Origin: Hemiscyllium ocellatum
Taxonomy: Eukaryota
Direction of reading: 5' to 3'
Length of the DNA: 64,000 bases
Assembly: GCF_020745735.1 (NCBI RefSeq)
Contig: NC_083409.1
Coordinates: 18,372,341-18,436,340 of the forward strand
The notes beneath the pieces were generated by a model. It was not told where the DNA came from, searched no databases, and saw nothing but the letters and a program-made list of their open reading frames with translations. Numbering within the stretch: the first letter of the stretch is position 1; every line of letters begins with the position of its first letter. The position numbers were made by a program, and so were the translations under genes. Below are positions 47,000-57,343 of this stretch, in pieces.

Positions 47000-47319
47000 T
47001 ACTGTCCTCGTCAAACACTTCAGGACAGGGACAGCACTGTTTGGGTACAGAGTGAAGCTCTCTCTACAGTGTCACAGTAACCTGCCTTAACCCCTGAACC
47101 TCAGATTCTCCTAGAGGCCAGTCTCAAGAAGGAAGAGAGTTAAATTCAGTGCTGAAAATGACCTTTGTCCTGCCAGCTCAGCCCTGTTCTATTTAAAGTT
47201 GTGTCTCCTCTGTGGACTGTCTCACACACTCTACACACATTCTGATCTCCTGATGCTCTTGCTGAGGGGAGAGGGGAGTGTCACTTGGGTGAGGGCACAG
47301 GAGAAGTGAGCGTTGGACT
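47000..47319 (-). pseudogene. IGKC: Inverted, 5'-truncated Ig kappa C exon relic with 3'UTR
   Basis: 47231-47317 encodes SNAHFSCALTQVTLPSPLSKSIRRSECV*, 84/87 nt identical to 34223-34309; 3'UTR homology continues to ~47000. Confidence 0.93.
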
Positions 47320-47799
47320 GGCAGAAATATCAGTTTGAATATTTGTATCGGATACCTAACAAACCCGATGTTTTTTAAATTCCTTTTTGATTGTGGATAT
47401 TGAAGCCCCCCACCCAGAGTACATTCTGTGCCCTCACTACCCTCAGAGCTTCCTCCAAGTGCTGTTCAACATGGAGGAGAGACTGACTCATCAGCCGAGG
47501 GGACAGTACGTGGTCATCAGCCAGAGGTTTCACAGAATCAGAGAATCATACAGTGTAGAAGAGGTCCCTCATCTGATCATGTCTGTCCCACCAAGGCAAA
47601 ACTAAATCTACTCTCCATCAGCTTTCCAGAACTGGATCCAAAGCATTGAATGTTCGGATATTTCAGGTGCCCATCCAGGTATATTTAAAAAGGTGTATTT
47701 TATGGGGATCTGCTCTGCTCTTCTCATAGTGTCATGGCATCTTCTACTGTCCCCTGAGAGGGCAGACATCAGAACATCCTACCTGAAAGATAATCTTTT

Positions 47800-48072
47800 A
47801 GCACTGAACCTCTGACAGTGTTGCACTCCCTCAATATTGACACACCAGCAGTGCAGCACTCCCTCAACATGAACTATCTGATAGTGTGGCACTCCCACGG
47901 TATTGACTTTCTGACAGTGTGGCCTTCCCTCAGTACTCACCCTCTGACAGTACTGCACTCCCTCAGTGCTGACCCATCATTAGTGCAACTCTCCATCAGT
48001 ACTGACCCTCCAATAGTGTGGCACTCCCTCAGTGCTGACTTTCTGACAGTGCTGCATTCCCTCAGTGCTGCA
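47800..48072. repeat. ~31-bp minisatellite (about 9 degenerate units)
   Basis: Units like CACTCCCTCAGTACTGACCCTCTGACAGTGTGG. Confidence 0.85.
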
Positions 48073-50183
48073 CTGCACTCTCAGTCTGGATAATTTGCTT
48101 CAGTGATAGAATCATGTAATGATGGAATTTGTACAATGTTGAAGCAGGCCATTCACGCCAATGAGTTCACACCAATCCTCCGAAGAGCATCCCACCCAGA
48201 TCCAAACCACTGCACTATCCCTGCAACCCTGCATTTCCCAATGGCTCATCCACCCAGTCTGCTACATTGTGAGTGTGAGGGGAGAGTGCTCCCCACTGAG
48301 ACCAGTCTGACACCTCCCGGTTCAATGGCCTGCCTTGTTTCCCCATCCCAGCCCACACTTGGAGTAATGAGACCGCCTGGGGAGGCTCGAGATGTTTTCC
48401 AGCCAGAGATAGTGCCTTCAGGAGAGAGATGGAGAGCAGATGTTAGGGGCAGGAAGCAGTGGGGTCTGTTGTCTTGAGGTGGGGTGTAGGACACATTGAA
48501 GCAGGCGATGGCAGGTGCTGAACCCTTTCCCCGGAAGGAGTTTGTAAGTTGATCGGTGAAAGTGAGGGGTGGGGGGGTGGAATCTCTTGCTGCCTGCTCA
48601 GTCACGTCTGAGAGACACACAGACACATCAGACACACAGGAGGCAGCTTTCTGTGGATGTTCTCCTGGGGCAGGTCTCATCAATCATGGAGCTATGGTCA
48701 GTAAACAGTGTAAGCTGTTCGGCCCTGAAAGCCTGAGTCTGCAACTCAGCTCGGAAGGACGTCAGCTCATTCATCAAAACTGGTTCAGCCCCTCCGTAGC
48801 CTAGCTGGTCTGCCTGTGCCATTTCACCACTCTCAGGTTTTCCCTTGTGCCACAGATCATTCTCCTGAGGGACAGCTGTACTCAGGCCCAGCGGAGTGGA
48901 CTCGATGGGCTGAATGGCCTTACTTCCACTCCTGTGTCTTATGACCTTGTCACTCTGTCAGATCCTCTGCAATAAACTCATGGTTAACCATCGCCCTCTC
49001 CAGGATAGTTAGGGAAGGACAATAAATAGCAGACACGTCAATGCTCTCCCCATCCCAGGAGTAATCAACATAATTGATGGACAATTCAAACAATCAAACT
49101 GATGGAAGGTGGTTCAATCATTCCAGTCATTAAACTTCACCTGGTAATTCCTGTATTAAGTTCAAGGTGAAACTATCCTGGTCTCTGCTGAATTTAGATC
49201 AATTTTCTTTGTTAACTTAATACATTTCCATCTTCATTCTTTCTCTCCAAACTGACCCTAATTTGAATGTTGCGAAAAACAAAACATTTTGTTGAAGCTT
49301 TTTGTCTTGCATGCATCAGGACAATTTACAAGAAATGCCACAGCAAAGGGAAACAATATTTAAACTGGCGTGTTCATAGTGACAACACCTCAGCCTGTCA
49401 GCACTTTCCTCATATGCAATATCAATGTCATGTTTTTCTCCTTTGATTGGTACTTTTACAATTATCCTGATGAGGGCAAAATGAAAAGCTGCCAAACACC
49501 GGGCATTTTTCAGGCCAGTTCAATATTCTCAAATGACTATTTGATCCTAATTCGCTCTTTTGCTTCAGACCTGTTCAAATTCCAAGAAGTAATTCTGTCC
49601 CATTTTGAATGGAGGACCCAGTTTACCAGCACTCACTAAATTCCAATCTCGGCATCAAAATATTTTTCCTGATCTCCTTCCTGTCCTTGGTGTATGACCA
49701 GAGAATGTGTCATTTTGTCTTTCTGTTTGTCAGTATTGACAGTAAATTTACATTTACTGTGTCAATTTCATAATGAAGTTTTGTTATCAGAATACCCTCC
49801 CTCCCCCCTCAAGATCCTGTTCTGGCATTTCCTTGTAACCTCGATCTCCTATCCCTGTCCATTCTGCATTGCCCCTCAATGAAGGCCATAACTATTCACC
49901 ATATTCCAGATGTGACCTAACCATTCTTCAGTACAGCTGTCCTGGCCACTCTCCCCTCTATCTCCTCACTCTCAATATTCATTCCAAAGTCCCATTGGCC
50001 TTTCCCATGACTGTTCTTATCAGGACAGGTGTCGAGTTGCGAGTCATCAGAGCTAGTGGAGAGACCATCGCCGGATCGTGATTGGACGTTGGAGGATCGT
50101 TTGGTTGTGCTGACCTGCTATTGGTGGATCTTCATGCTGGCTTCAGCCTAACGCCAATTCAGGGACCAGCCAATCTCGGAGCC

Positions 50184-51662
50184 ATGGCCTCAGCAGCCGT
50201 TCGCAGCCCTGGCCAGGGCATTCGCAACACAGTCAGGGTGACTGTGAAGAAGGTGGAGGAGCACACACCAGTCGATCGGACAGTGTTTGTGAAGAAGGTT
50301 TTGCTGGAGTGCTGTGGGTTTGCAGCAGTGGATGTGTACTGCCTGCAGGATTTCCCTGGGGCAGGTTACTTCGAGGTGACCTTCAGGAGCGTGAAGCATT
50401 GTGAGCAGCTCCTGAAGGTCTTCAAGGAGAAGGAAGGGGAGCCGCTATTCTCCATCTTGTCGGCGGTCCCATCGTGTGTGCTTCCTGCGCAGAGAAGTCG
50501 GGTTGTTACAATCCAAATGTACAACCCCTACGTCCCAGCGGCAGATGTTCTCACTTTCTTGAAGAGGTATGTCCAGGTTGAAGGAGAAAGCACCGATGTC
50601 GTTGATCCTTTCGGGATCTGGACAAGTAAAAGGCAGGTCAAGGTAACCCTGAGGGTCGATGGCAGCGGGAACATCCTCCACCCACCCTCGAGCTTCGCAA
50701 TTGGAGGGAGCAGAGGCTACCTGACGTACGCAGGGCAGCCGAAGGTGTGCCGAACCTGCGGGAGGTCAGGCCACATGGCGGCCGACTGCAAGGTGACCGT
50801 ATGCCGAAATTGCAAGCAGGAAGGCCACCTGACCAAGGATTGTAAGGAGGCCAAAAACTGTAACCTGTGCGGAGAGGCGGGCCACATGTACAAGGCCTGC
50901 CCAAGACGAGGAGCCGCTACCTACGCACAGATGGCCGGAGGTAGCAACACGAATACGAGCCGCGGACCAACAAAGGCGAGGAAGGCAAATGAAAATAGCG
51001 TGGAAACGGTGCCTGGAGGCACCCAGAAGGAAGAGCAGGCAGTAGCGGAGCAGACGGCAGACAGCGGGGAGGTGCAGCAGCCGACCCAAGCTCCGTCAAT
51101 GCAGCCGGAGGAAATGGAAGAGGAGGAATCAAAGGATGCAGAGGACTGGATCACAGTCAAAAACAGGAAGAGGAAACCTCTTGGGGGCCCCAAAGCCACC
51201 CAGCGAAGGGGAAAGCGACACCTACAAGGTGAAGACGCATGCAGCTCTTCCGATGGTGAGGATGGGCGCAAGAAGGGTCGTCATCAGAGGAAGAGGCAGA
51301 GCGTTGTGAGGAGAAAGGAGGGCAGCACCGCCCAGGAAGGAAAGGACGATCCCTCTGAGGGGACGGGTAATGGCCTCCCCCTACCCGGTGAGAACCAGGA
51401 GGTACTCACCGGCCCACAGCTCCAGGTATCTGGGAGCAGCGGTCCTATGACAGCCCTGCTGTCAGACGGAGAACTGGTCAGTGCGGACCACGGGCCCGAC
51501 ACGAAGACAACAGAGTGGGGTAATGGCCCCAGCGCGGAGCTGGACAGTTACCTCAGCCCTGCGAAGGTCCAACAGTTTGCCGCCACCACAGGGATGCACG
51601 CAGCTACCCCAGAAGGGCAAGACCAGCAGCAAACGGACACCGGTAAACCTGTAAACTGTTAA
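50184..51662 (+). CDS. Tx1 copy A ORF1, 492 aa (RRM-like region + 3 CCHC zinc knuckles; ZCCHC3-like)
   Basis: Open frame from ATG 50184; CRTCGRSGHMAADC, CRNCKQEGHLTKDC, CNLCGEAGHMYKAC; low-complexity C-terminus. Confidence 0.9.
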   Translation: MASAAVRSPGQGIRNTVRVTVKKVEEHTPVDRTVFVKKVLLECCGFAAVDVYCLQDFPGAGYFEVTFRSVKHCEQLLKVFKEKEGEPLFSILSAVPSCVLPAQRSRVVTIQMYNPYVPAADVLTFLKRYVQVEGESTDVVDPFGIWTSKRQVKVTLRVDGSGNILHPPSSFAIGGSRGYLTYAGQPKVCRTCGRSGHMAADCKVTVCRNCKQEGHLTKDCKEAKNCNLCGEAGHMYKACPRRGAATYAQMAGGSNTNTSRGPTKARKANENSVETVPGGTQKEEQAVAEQTADSGEVQQPTQAPSMQPEEMEEEESKDAEDWITVKNRKRKPLGGPKATQRRGKRHLQGEDACSSSDGEDGRKKGRHQRKRQSVVRRKEGSTAQEGKDDPSEGTGNGLPLPGENQEVLTGPQLQVSGSSGPMTALLSDGELVSADHGPDTKTTEWGNGPSAELDSYLSPAKVQQFAATTGMHAATPEGQDQQQTDTGKPVNC

Positions 51663-51663
51663 A

Positions 51664-54600
51664 ATGGGGTTAAAAATTGCTAGCATCAACGTGCGTAGCA
51701 TCAAATCGGCTACGCGATGCGTTTCAACACTGGCCTCCCTGGCCAGCGTCAAAGCCGACGTCCTGTTTCTGCAGGAGTGCGGGATACCCCACCTCAGCAG
51801 TTACAGGAGGTGGTCGAGCTTGTGGGCCCATGGGCCGTCAGTGTGGTCGGGGGGCAACGATAACCGCTCCTCAGGCCTAGGGATCCTTTTGCGGGGAGGT
51901 AACTTCACTATCTCCGAGGTTAAGGAGGTGGTGGGCGGGCGCCTCCTCGTCGTGGATGTTAAATACAGAAACGCTCCCGTAAGACTAATCAACGTGTACG
52001 CCCCAGTGGGTAAGAGTGAACGGTTGGCCGTCCTGCAACAGCTTCCACTGCTGCTGGCTACGTCCAGGCCGGTCATTCTGGCCGGAGACTTCAACTGCAT
52101 CATTGATGCAGATGGACGATCCGGCGGGGGGGACAGTAAACTGGACGCTACGTCCAGAGCCCTGATGGAAACGGTCAAAGATGCCAAGCTGCACGACGTC
52201 TTCAGCACCCCTGCAGATGGAGCGCAGCGTAGATACACATGGTCACGGGCAGACGGGTCTATCCGCTCAAGGATAGATTACCTGTTTGTGTCCCGAACGT
52301 TCTCGGTCAGAACCACCGACGTCAAGCCGGTGTTCTTCTCTGACCACTGCCTCCTACTGGCCGACTGTCACCTACAGGACGAGCAGCGGACGGGCAATGG
52401 AACGTGGAAACTGAACACTAAGCTGTTGACCCCGGGAAACATCGAGGAGCTCAAGAGGGATTACGCAGGTTGAAGAACCGCGAAGCCCCTCTTTGAGTCT
52501 CCAGCAGACTGGTGGGAAACAGTAAAAGGGAACATCAAGAGATTCTTCATCCTCAAAGGTGTTCAGGAGGCGAGAGAGAGGCGGGGAAAACTGTCCCAAC
52601 TCCAGAAAAGTATGCAGAACCTGCTCCTGCTGCAGACGTTGGGGGTCGATGTCACGGAGGACCTCAAGGAGGTGAAGGGCCAGCAAGCCTCGCTCTTTGC
52701 CTCGGAGGCCTCCAAGATAATCTTCCGGTCCAGGGTCCGCTTGGTAGAGCAGGACGAGACGTGCTCACGTTTCTTCTTCCAGAAGGTGCACAAAGAGAGC
52801 TCTGTGCTCAGCAGCCTGAAGGAAGAAGACGGCTCGGTAACGTCATCTCAGGCTGACATCATGAGGATCAGCAAATCCTTCTATGCCAGCCTGTATGACA
52901 CGAAGCCAACCGACAGCACGGCCTCACAGTCGTTCCTGTCCTCTATCACGGAGGTCCTAGAGGACGGAACACGCGAGAGGCTGGACCAGCCGCTATCTCT
53001 GGATGAGCTGACCAGGGCCCTCGAGTCCTTCGAAAAGAATAAAACTCCCGGAAGCGACGGCTTACCGGTTGAGATCTATTCCGCTCTTTGGGACTTGATT
53101 GGCCGGGACCTGCTGGAGGTGTATGTCAGTATGCTTCGGGCAGGTACCATGAGTGAATCCATGAGGAAAGGCATCATCACCCTCATCTACAAGCGGAAGG
53201 GGGAGAGGGACGAAATTAGAAATTGGAGACCGATCTCACTGCTAAACACAGACTACAAAATCTTGTCAAAGGTCATCGCTAACCGGGTCAGGTCTGCTCT
53301 GGGAACGGTGATCCACCCCGACCAAACCTGTGCTGTACCGGGCAGGAAGATCTCTGAGAGCCTCGCACTCCTCAGGGATACGATCGCCTACGTGCAGGAC
53401 AGGGGGGTGGACACCTGCCTCATCAGCCTGGACCAGGAGAAAGCCTTTGACAGGATATCGCATACATATATGAGGGATGTCCTCTCCAAAATGGGCTTTG
53501 GGGAGGGAATCTGCAATTGGATCAGACTGCTCTACACCAACATTGTCAGTGCAGTCTCAATCAATGGGTGGGAATCAGATAGCTTCCCTGTAAGATCTGG
53601 AGTCAGGCAGGGCTGCCCACTCTCTCCTGCCTTGTTTGTATGTTGCATAGAGCCATTTGCCGAATCCATCAGGAAGGATGCGAGCCTGAGAGGGGTGACT
53701 ATCCCTGGCAGCGGGGGCCTACAGGTTAAGGCCTCCCTGTACATGGATGACGTCGCCGTTTTCTGCTCGGATCCGCTGTCCGTGCACAGACTCCTGTGCA
53801 TCTGCGACCAGTTCGAGCGGGCCTCGGGGGCCAAGGTAAACCGAGGGAAGAGCGAGGCCATGCTCTTCGGGAACTGGACCGACCAATCCTATATCCCCTT
53901 CACCGTCAGGACTGACCACCTGAAGGTGCTGGGTATTTGGTTCGGGGGTGCTGGGGCGTGCGCCAAGACCTGGGAGGAGCGTATCAGGAAGATGAGACAG
54001 AAACTAGGCAGATGGGAGCAACGGTCGCTCTCCATCGCGGGGAAAAACCTGGTCATCAGGTGCGAGGTACTCTCAGTATTGTTGTATGTGGCACAGGTCT
54101 GGCCTATCCCCAGAACCTGTGCTGCCGCAGTCACCCGGGCCATCTTCCACTTCATGTGGAGATCAAAGATGGACCGGGTCCGAAGGGACACAATGTACAA
54201 AGACCGGTGCAATGGGGGAAAAAACACTCCCAATGCCACCCTCGCCCTGATGGCCACCTTTGTGTGTGGCTGCATCAAGCTGTGCGTGGATCCCCGGTAC
54301 GCAAACACCAAGTGTCACTACGTACTGAGGTTCTACCTGTCCCCGGTGTTGCGAAGGATGGGCCTGGCCTCGCTGCCGCGGAACGCTCCGAGTAGTTGGA
54401 CCGTTCCGTACCACCTGTCCTTCGTGGAGAAATTTCTGAAGAAAAACACCTTTGACCACAAGTCCATCAGGAAGTGGTCAGCACGTAGCGTCCTTGAGAC
54501 CCTTCGGGAAAAGGAGAGGGCGGATCCTGTTGAGTGGTTCCCTGAGCAGACTGTCAAAGCAATTTGGCAGAATGCCTCATCGCCAGAACTTTCTAACAAG

Positions 54601-55070
54601 CACCAAGACATGGCTTGGCTGGTGGTGAGAAGGGCTCTACCTGTGAGATCGTTTATGCACGCCCGGACTCTCTGCCGCACCGCACGCTGCCCTCGAAGCG
54701 GCTGCGGGGGGGACGAGACTGTCACACACCTCCTTCTGGAATGTGCCTATGCAGAGGAAGTCTGGAGAGGAATGCAGTGGTATTTGTCAAGGTTCGTCCC
54801 GAGCAGCGCCGTGACGTGGGACTCCGTGCTCTACGGCCTGTTCCCGGGACGCACACCGAGACGAATATCAACTGCGCCTGGAGGATCATCAACTCGGTGA
54901 AGGACGCTCTCTGGGTGGTCCGAAACCTGTTGATCTTCCAGCTGAAGGAGTTGACCCCGACTGAGTGTTGCAGACTGGCACATTCCAAGGTCCAAGACTA
55001 CGTGTTGAGGGACGCGCTGAAGCTTGGGGCAGCTGCCGCCAAGGCGCGGTGGTGAAAGACCACCGTTTAA
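51664..55070 (+). pseudogene. Tx1 copy A ORF2 (APE-RT-CCHC), disrupted
   Basis: SINVRS, FLQEC, GDFNC, SDHC, YMDD, CPRSGC...HLLLEC; in-frame TGA at 52471-52473 (TGG in copy B), 1-bp loss near 54845, and TGA at 55053-55055 (GGA in copy B). Confidence 0.9.
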
Positions 55071-55324
55071 CATCTGCCTGTCTAAAGAAGATCAGGGGGC
55101 CCATGCAGTCATTTGGGCTCTGCTGACGCCTCAGCCCAATATAAGGGCATAGGAGTGAGAAATGCACAGACTTGCATGTAAAAAGGAAAATTCTAAACTG
55201 TGTATGTTAATGTGAACATATGTATGGCATTACCCAATGTACAGTGTATCAAATTATTTATGAATATTTACGAATAAAGTATATTTTGAAATTAAAAAAA
55301 AATTGGCCTTTCCCATGTCTGTTC

Positions 55325-55656
55325 TTATCAGGACAGGTGTCGAGTTGTGAGTCATCAGAGCTAGTGGAGAGATCATCGCTGGATCGTGATCGTGATTGGA
55401 CATTGGAGGGTTGTTTGGTTGTGCTGACCTGCTCTTGGTGGATCTTCATGCTGGCTTTGGCCTAATGCCAATTCAGGGACCAGCCAACCTTGGAGCCATG
55501 GCCTCAGCAGCCACTCACAGCCCTGGACATGAGGTTCAAAACACAGTCAGGGTGACTGTGAAGAAGGTGGAAGAGCACACACACTGGTTGATCGGCGCAT
55601 GTTTGTGAAGAAAGTGGTGCTGTGGGTTTTGAGTGGTGTGTACTGCCTGTAGGATT
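55325..55656 (+). mobile_element. Older Tx1 5' fragment (copy C): 5'UTR + start of ORF1, 3' part missing
   Basis: Homologous to 50017-50350 with CpG-to-TpG/CpA decay and small indels; ends at ...CTGTAGGATT where copy B begins. Confidence 0.8.
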
Positions 55657-55868
55657 CTGCTTGAGAGCTGCAGGTTCGACGCTGCGGAAGTGCGCTGGCG
55701 GGAGAAAAACCAAGGGGTTCGTGTTGCGAGTCGTTGGAGCTGCTGGAGACCATCGCTGGATCGTGATTGGCCGCTGGAGGATCGTTTGGTTGTGCTGACC
55801 TGCTCTTGGTGGATCTTTATGCTGGCTTCGGCCTAACGCCAATTCAGGTATCAGCCAACCTCAGAGCT

Positions 55869-57341
55869 ATGGCCTCAGCAGCCGCTCGCAGCCCTCGCCA
55901 GGGCATTCGCAACACAGTCAGGGTGACTGTGAAGAAGGTGGAGGAGCACACACCGGTCGATCGGACGGTGTTTGTGAAGAAGGTTTTGCTGGAGTGCTGT
56001 GGGTTTGCAGCAGCGGACGTGTACTGCCTGCAGGATTTCCCTGGGGCAGGTTACTTCGAGGTGACCTTCAGGAGCGTGAAGCATTGTGAGCAGCTCCTGA
56101 AGGTCTTCAAGGAGAAGGAAGGGGAACCTCTGTTCTCCATCTTGTCGGCGGTCCCGTTGTGTGTGCTTCCTGCGCAGAGGAGTCGGGTTGTGACAATCCA
56201 AATGTACAACCCTTACGTCCCAGCGGCAGATGTTCTCACCTTCTTGAAGAGGTATGTCCAGGTGGAAGGCAAAAGCACTGATGTGGTCGATCCTTTCGGG
56301 ATCTGGACCAGTAAGCGGCAGGTCAAGGTAACCCTGAGGGTCGATGGCAGCGGGAACATCCTCCACCCACCCTCCAGCTTCGCCATCGGAGGAAGCAGAG
56401 GTTACCTGACATACGCAGGGCAGCCGAAGGTGTGCCGAACCTGCGGGAGGTCAGGCCACATGGCGGCCGACCGTAAGGTGACTGTATGCCGAAATTGCAA
56501 ACAGGAAGGCCACCTGACCAAGGATTGCAAGGAGGCCAAGAACTGTAACCTGTGCGGAGAGGCAGGCCACATGTACAAGGCCTGCCCAAGACGAGGAGCC
56601 GCCACCTACGCACAGATGGCCAGAGGTGGCAACACGAGCCGGGGACTGCCAAAGCCCAGCAGGGCACCACAAGATCGCACGGAAATGGTGCCTGGAGACA
56701 CCCAGAAGGAAGAGCAGGCGGTAGCGGAGCAGACGGCAGACAGCGGGGAGGTACAGCAGCCGATCCAAGCTCCTTCAAGGCAGGCGGAGGAAATGGAAGA
56801 GGAGGAATCAAAGGAGGCAGATGACTGGATCACAGTCAGAAATAGGAAGAGGAAACCTGTCTCGGGCCCCAAAGCCACCCAGAGAAGGGGGAAACGACAC
56901 CTCCAAGTCGAGGATACAGGCAGCTCTTCTGATGGTGAGGACGGGCGCAAGAAGGGTCGCCACCAGAGGAAGAGACAGAGCGCCATGGGGAGAAAGGAGG
57001 GCAGCACCACCCAAGAAGGGAAAGACGATCCCTCTGTGGGGATGGGTAAAGGCCTCCCCCTACCCGGTGAGAACCAAGAGGTGTCCACCGGCCCACAGCT
57101 CCAGGTAACTGGGAGCAGCGGTCCTGTGACAGCCCCGCTGTCAGATGGAGAACTGGACGGTGCGGACCCTGGGCTTGACACAAAGACACCAGAGCGGGGA
57201 AATGGCTCCAGCGTGGAGCCGGACAGCTACCTCAGCCCTGGGATGGTCCAGCAGTTTGCCGTCACCACGGGGATGCACACAGCTACCCCAGAGGAGCAAG
57301 ACCAGCAGCAAATGGACACTATTAACCTTGTAAATTGTTAA
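55869..57341 (+). CDS. Tx1 copy B ORF1, 490 aa
   Basis: Open from ATG 55869; the first knuckle has lost its final Cys (…GHMAADR), knuckles 2 and 3 are intact. Confidence 0.88.
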   Translation: MASAAARSPRQGIRNTVRVTVKKVEEHTPVDRTVFVKKVLLECCGFAAADVYCLQDFPGAGYFEVTFRSVKHCEQLLKVFKEKEGEPLFSILSAVPLCVLPAQRSRVVTIQMYNPYVPAADVLTFLKRYVQVEGKSTDVVDPFGIWTSKRQVKVTLRVDGSGNILHPPSSFAIGGSRGYLTYAGQPKVCRTCGRSGHMAADRKVTVCRNCKQEGHLTKDCKEAKNCNLCGEAGHMYKACPRRGAATYAQMARGGNTSRGLPKPSRAPQDRTEMVPGDTQKEEQAVAEQTADSGEVQQPIQAPSRQAEEMEEEESKEADDWITVRNRKRKPVSGPKATQRRGKRHLQVEDTGSSSDGEDGRKKGRHQRKRQSAMGRKEGSTTQEGKDDPSVGMGKGLPLPGENQEVSTGPQLQVTGSSGPVTAPLSDGELDGADPGLDTKTPERGNGSSVEPDSYLSPGMVQQFAVTTGMHTATPEEQDQQQMDTINLVNC

Positions 57342-57343
57342 AA

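Larger units (their letters stand above)
50017..55302 (+). mobile_element. Tx1-clade (L1 group) non-LTR retrotransposon, copy A, near full length
   Basis: ORF1 + ORF2, AATAAA 55273-55278, A9 tail to 55302; preceded (49995-50016) and followed (55303-55324) by TTGGCCTTTCCCATG(A/T)CTGTTC. The 5' limit is uncertain (50017-50032). Confidence 0.92.

Noticed and set aside
16956-48072. CRISPR-like or LTR-like reading of the repeats
   Set aside because: Vertebrate DNA; the arrays lack unique spacers, and no paired direct LTRs with TG...CA ends were seen.
50184-51662. Host ZCCHC3 gene
   Set aside because: It is followed directly by APE-RT ORF2, poly(A) and a flanking duplication, so it is a retrotransposon ORF1, not a domesticated gene.
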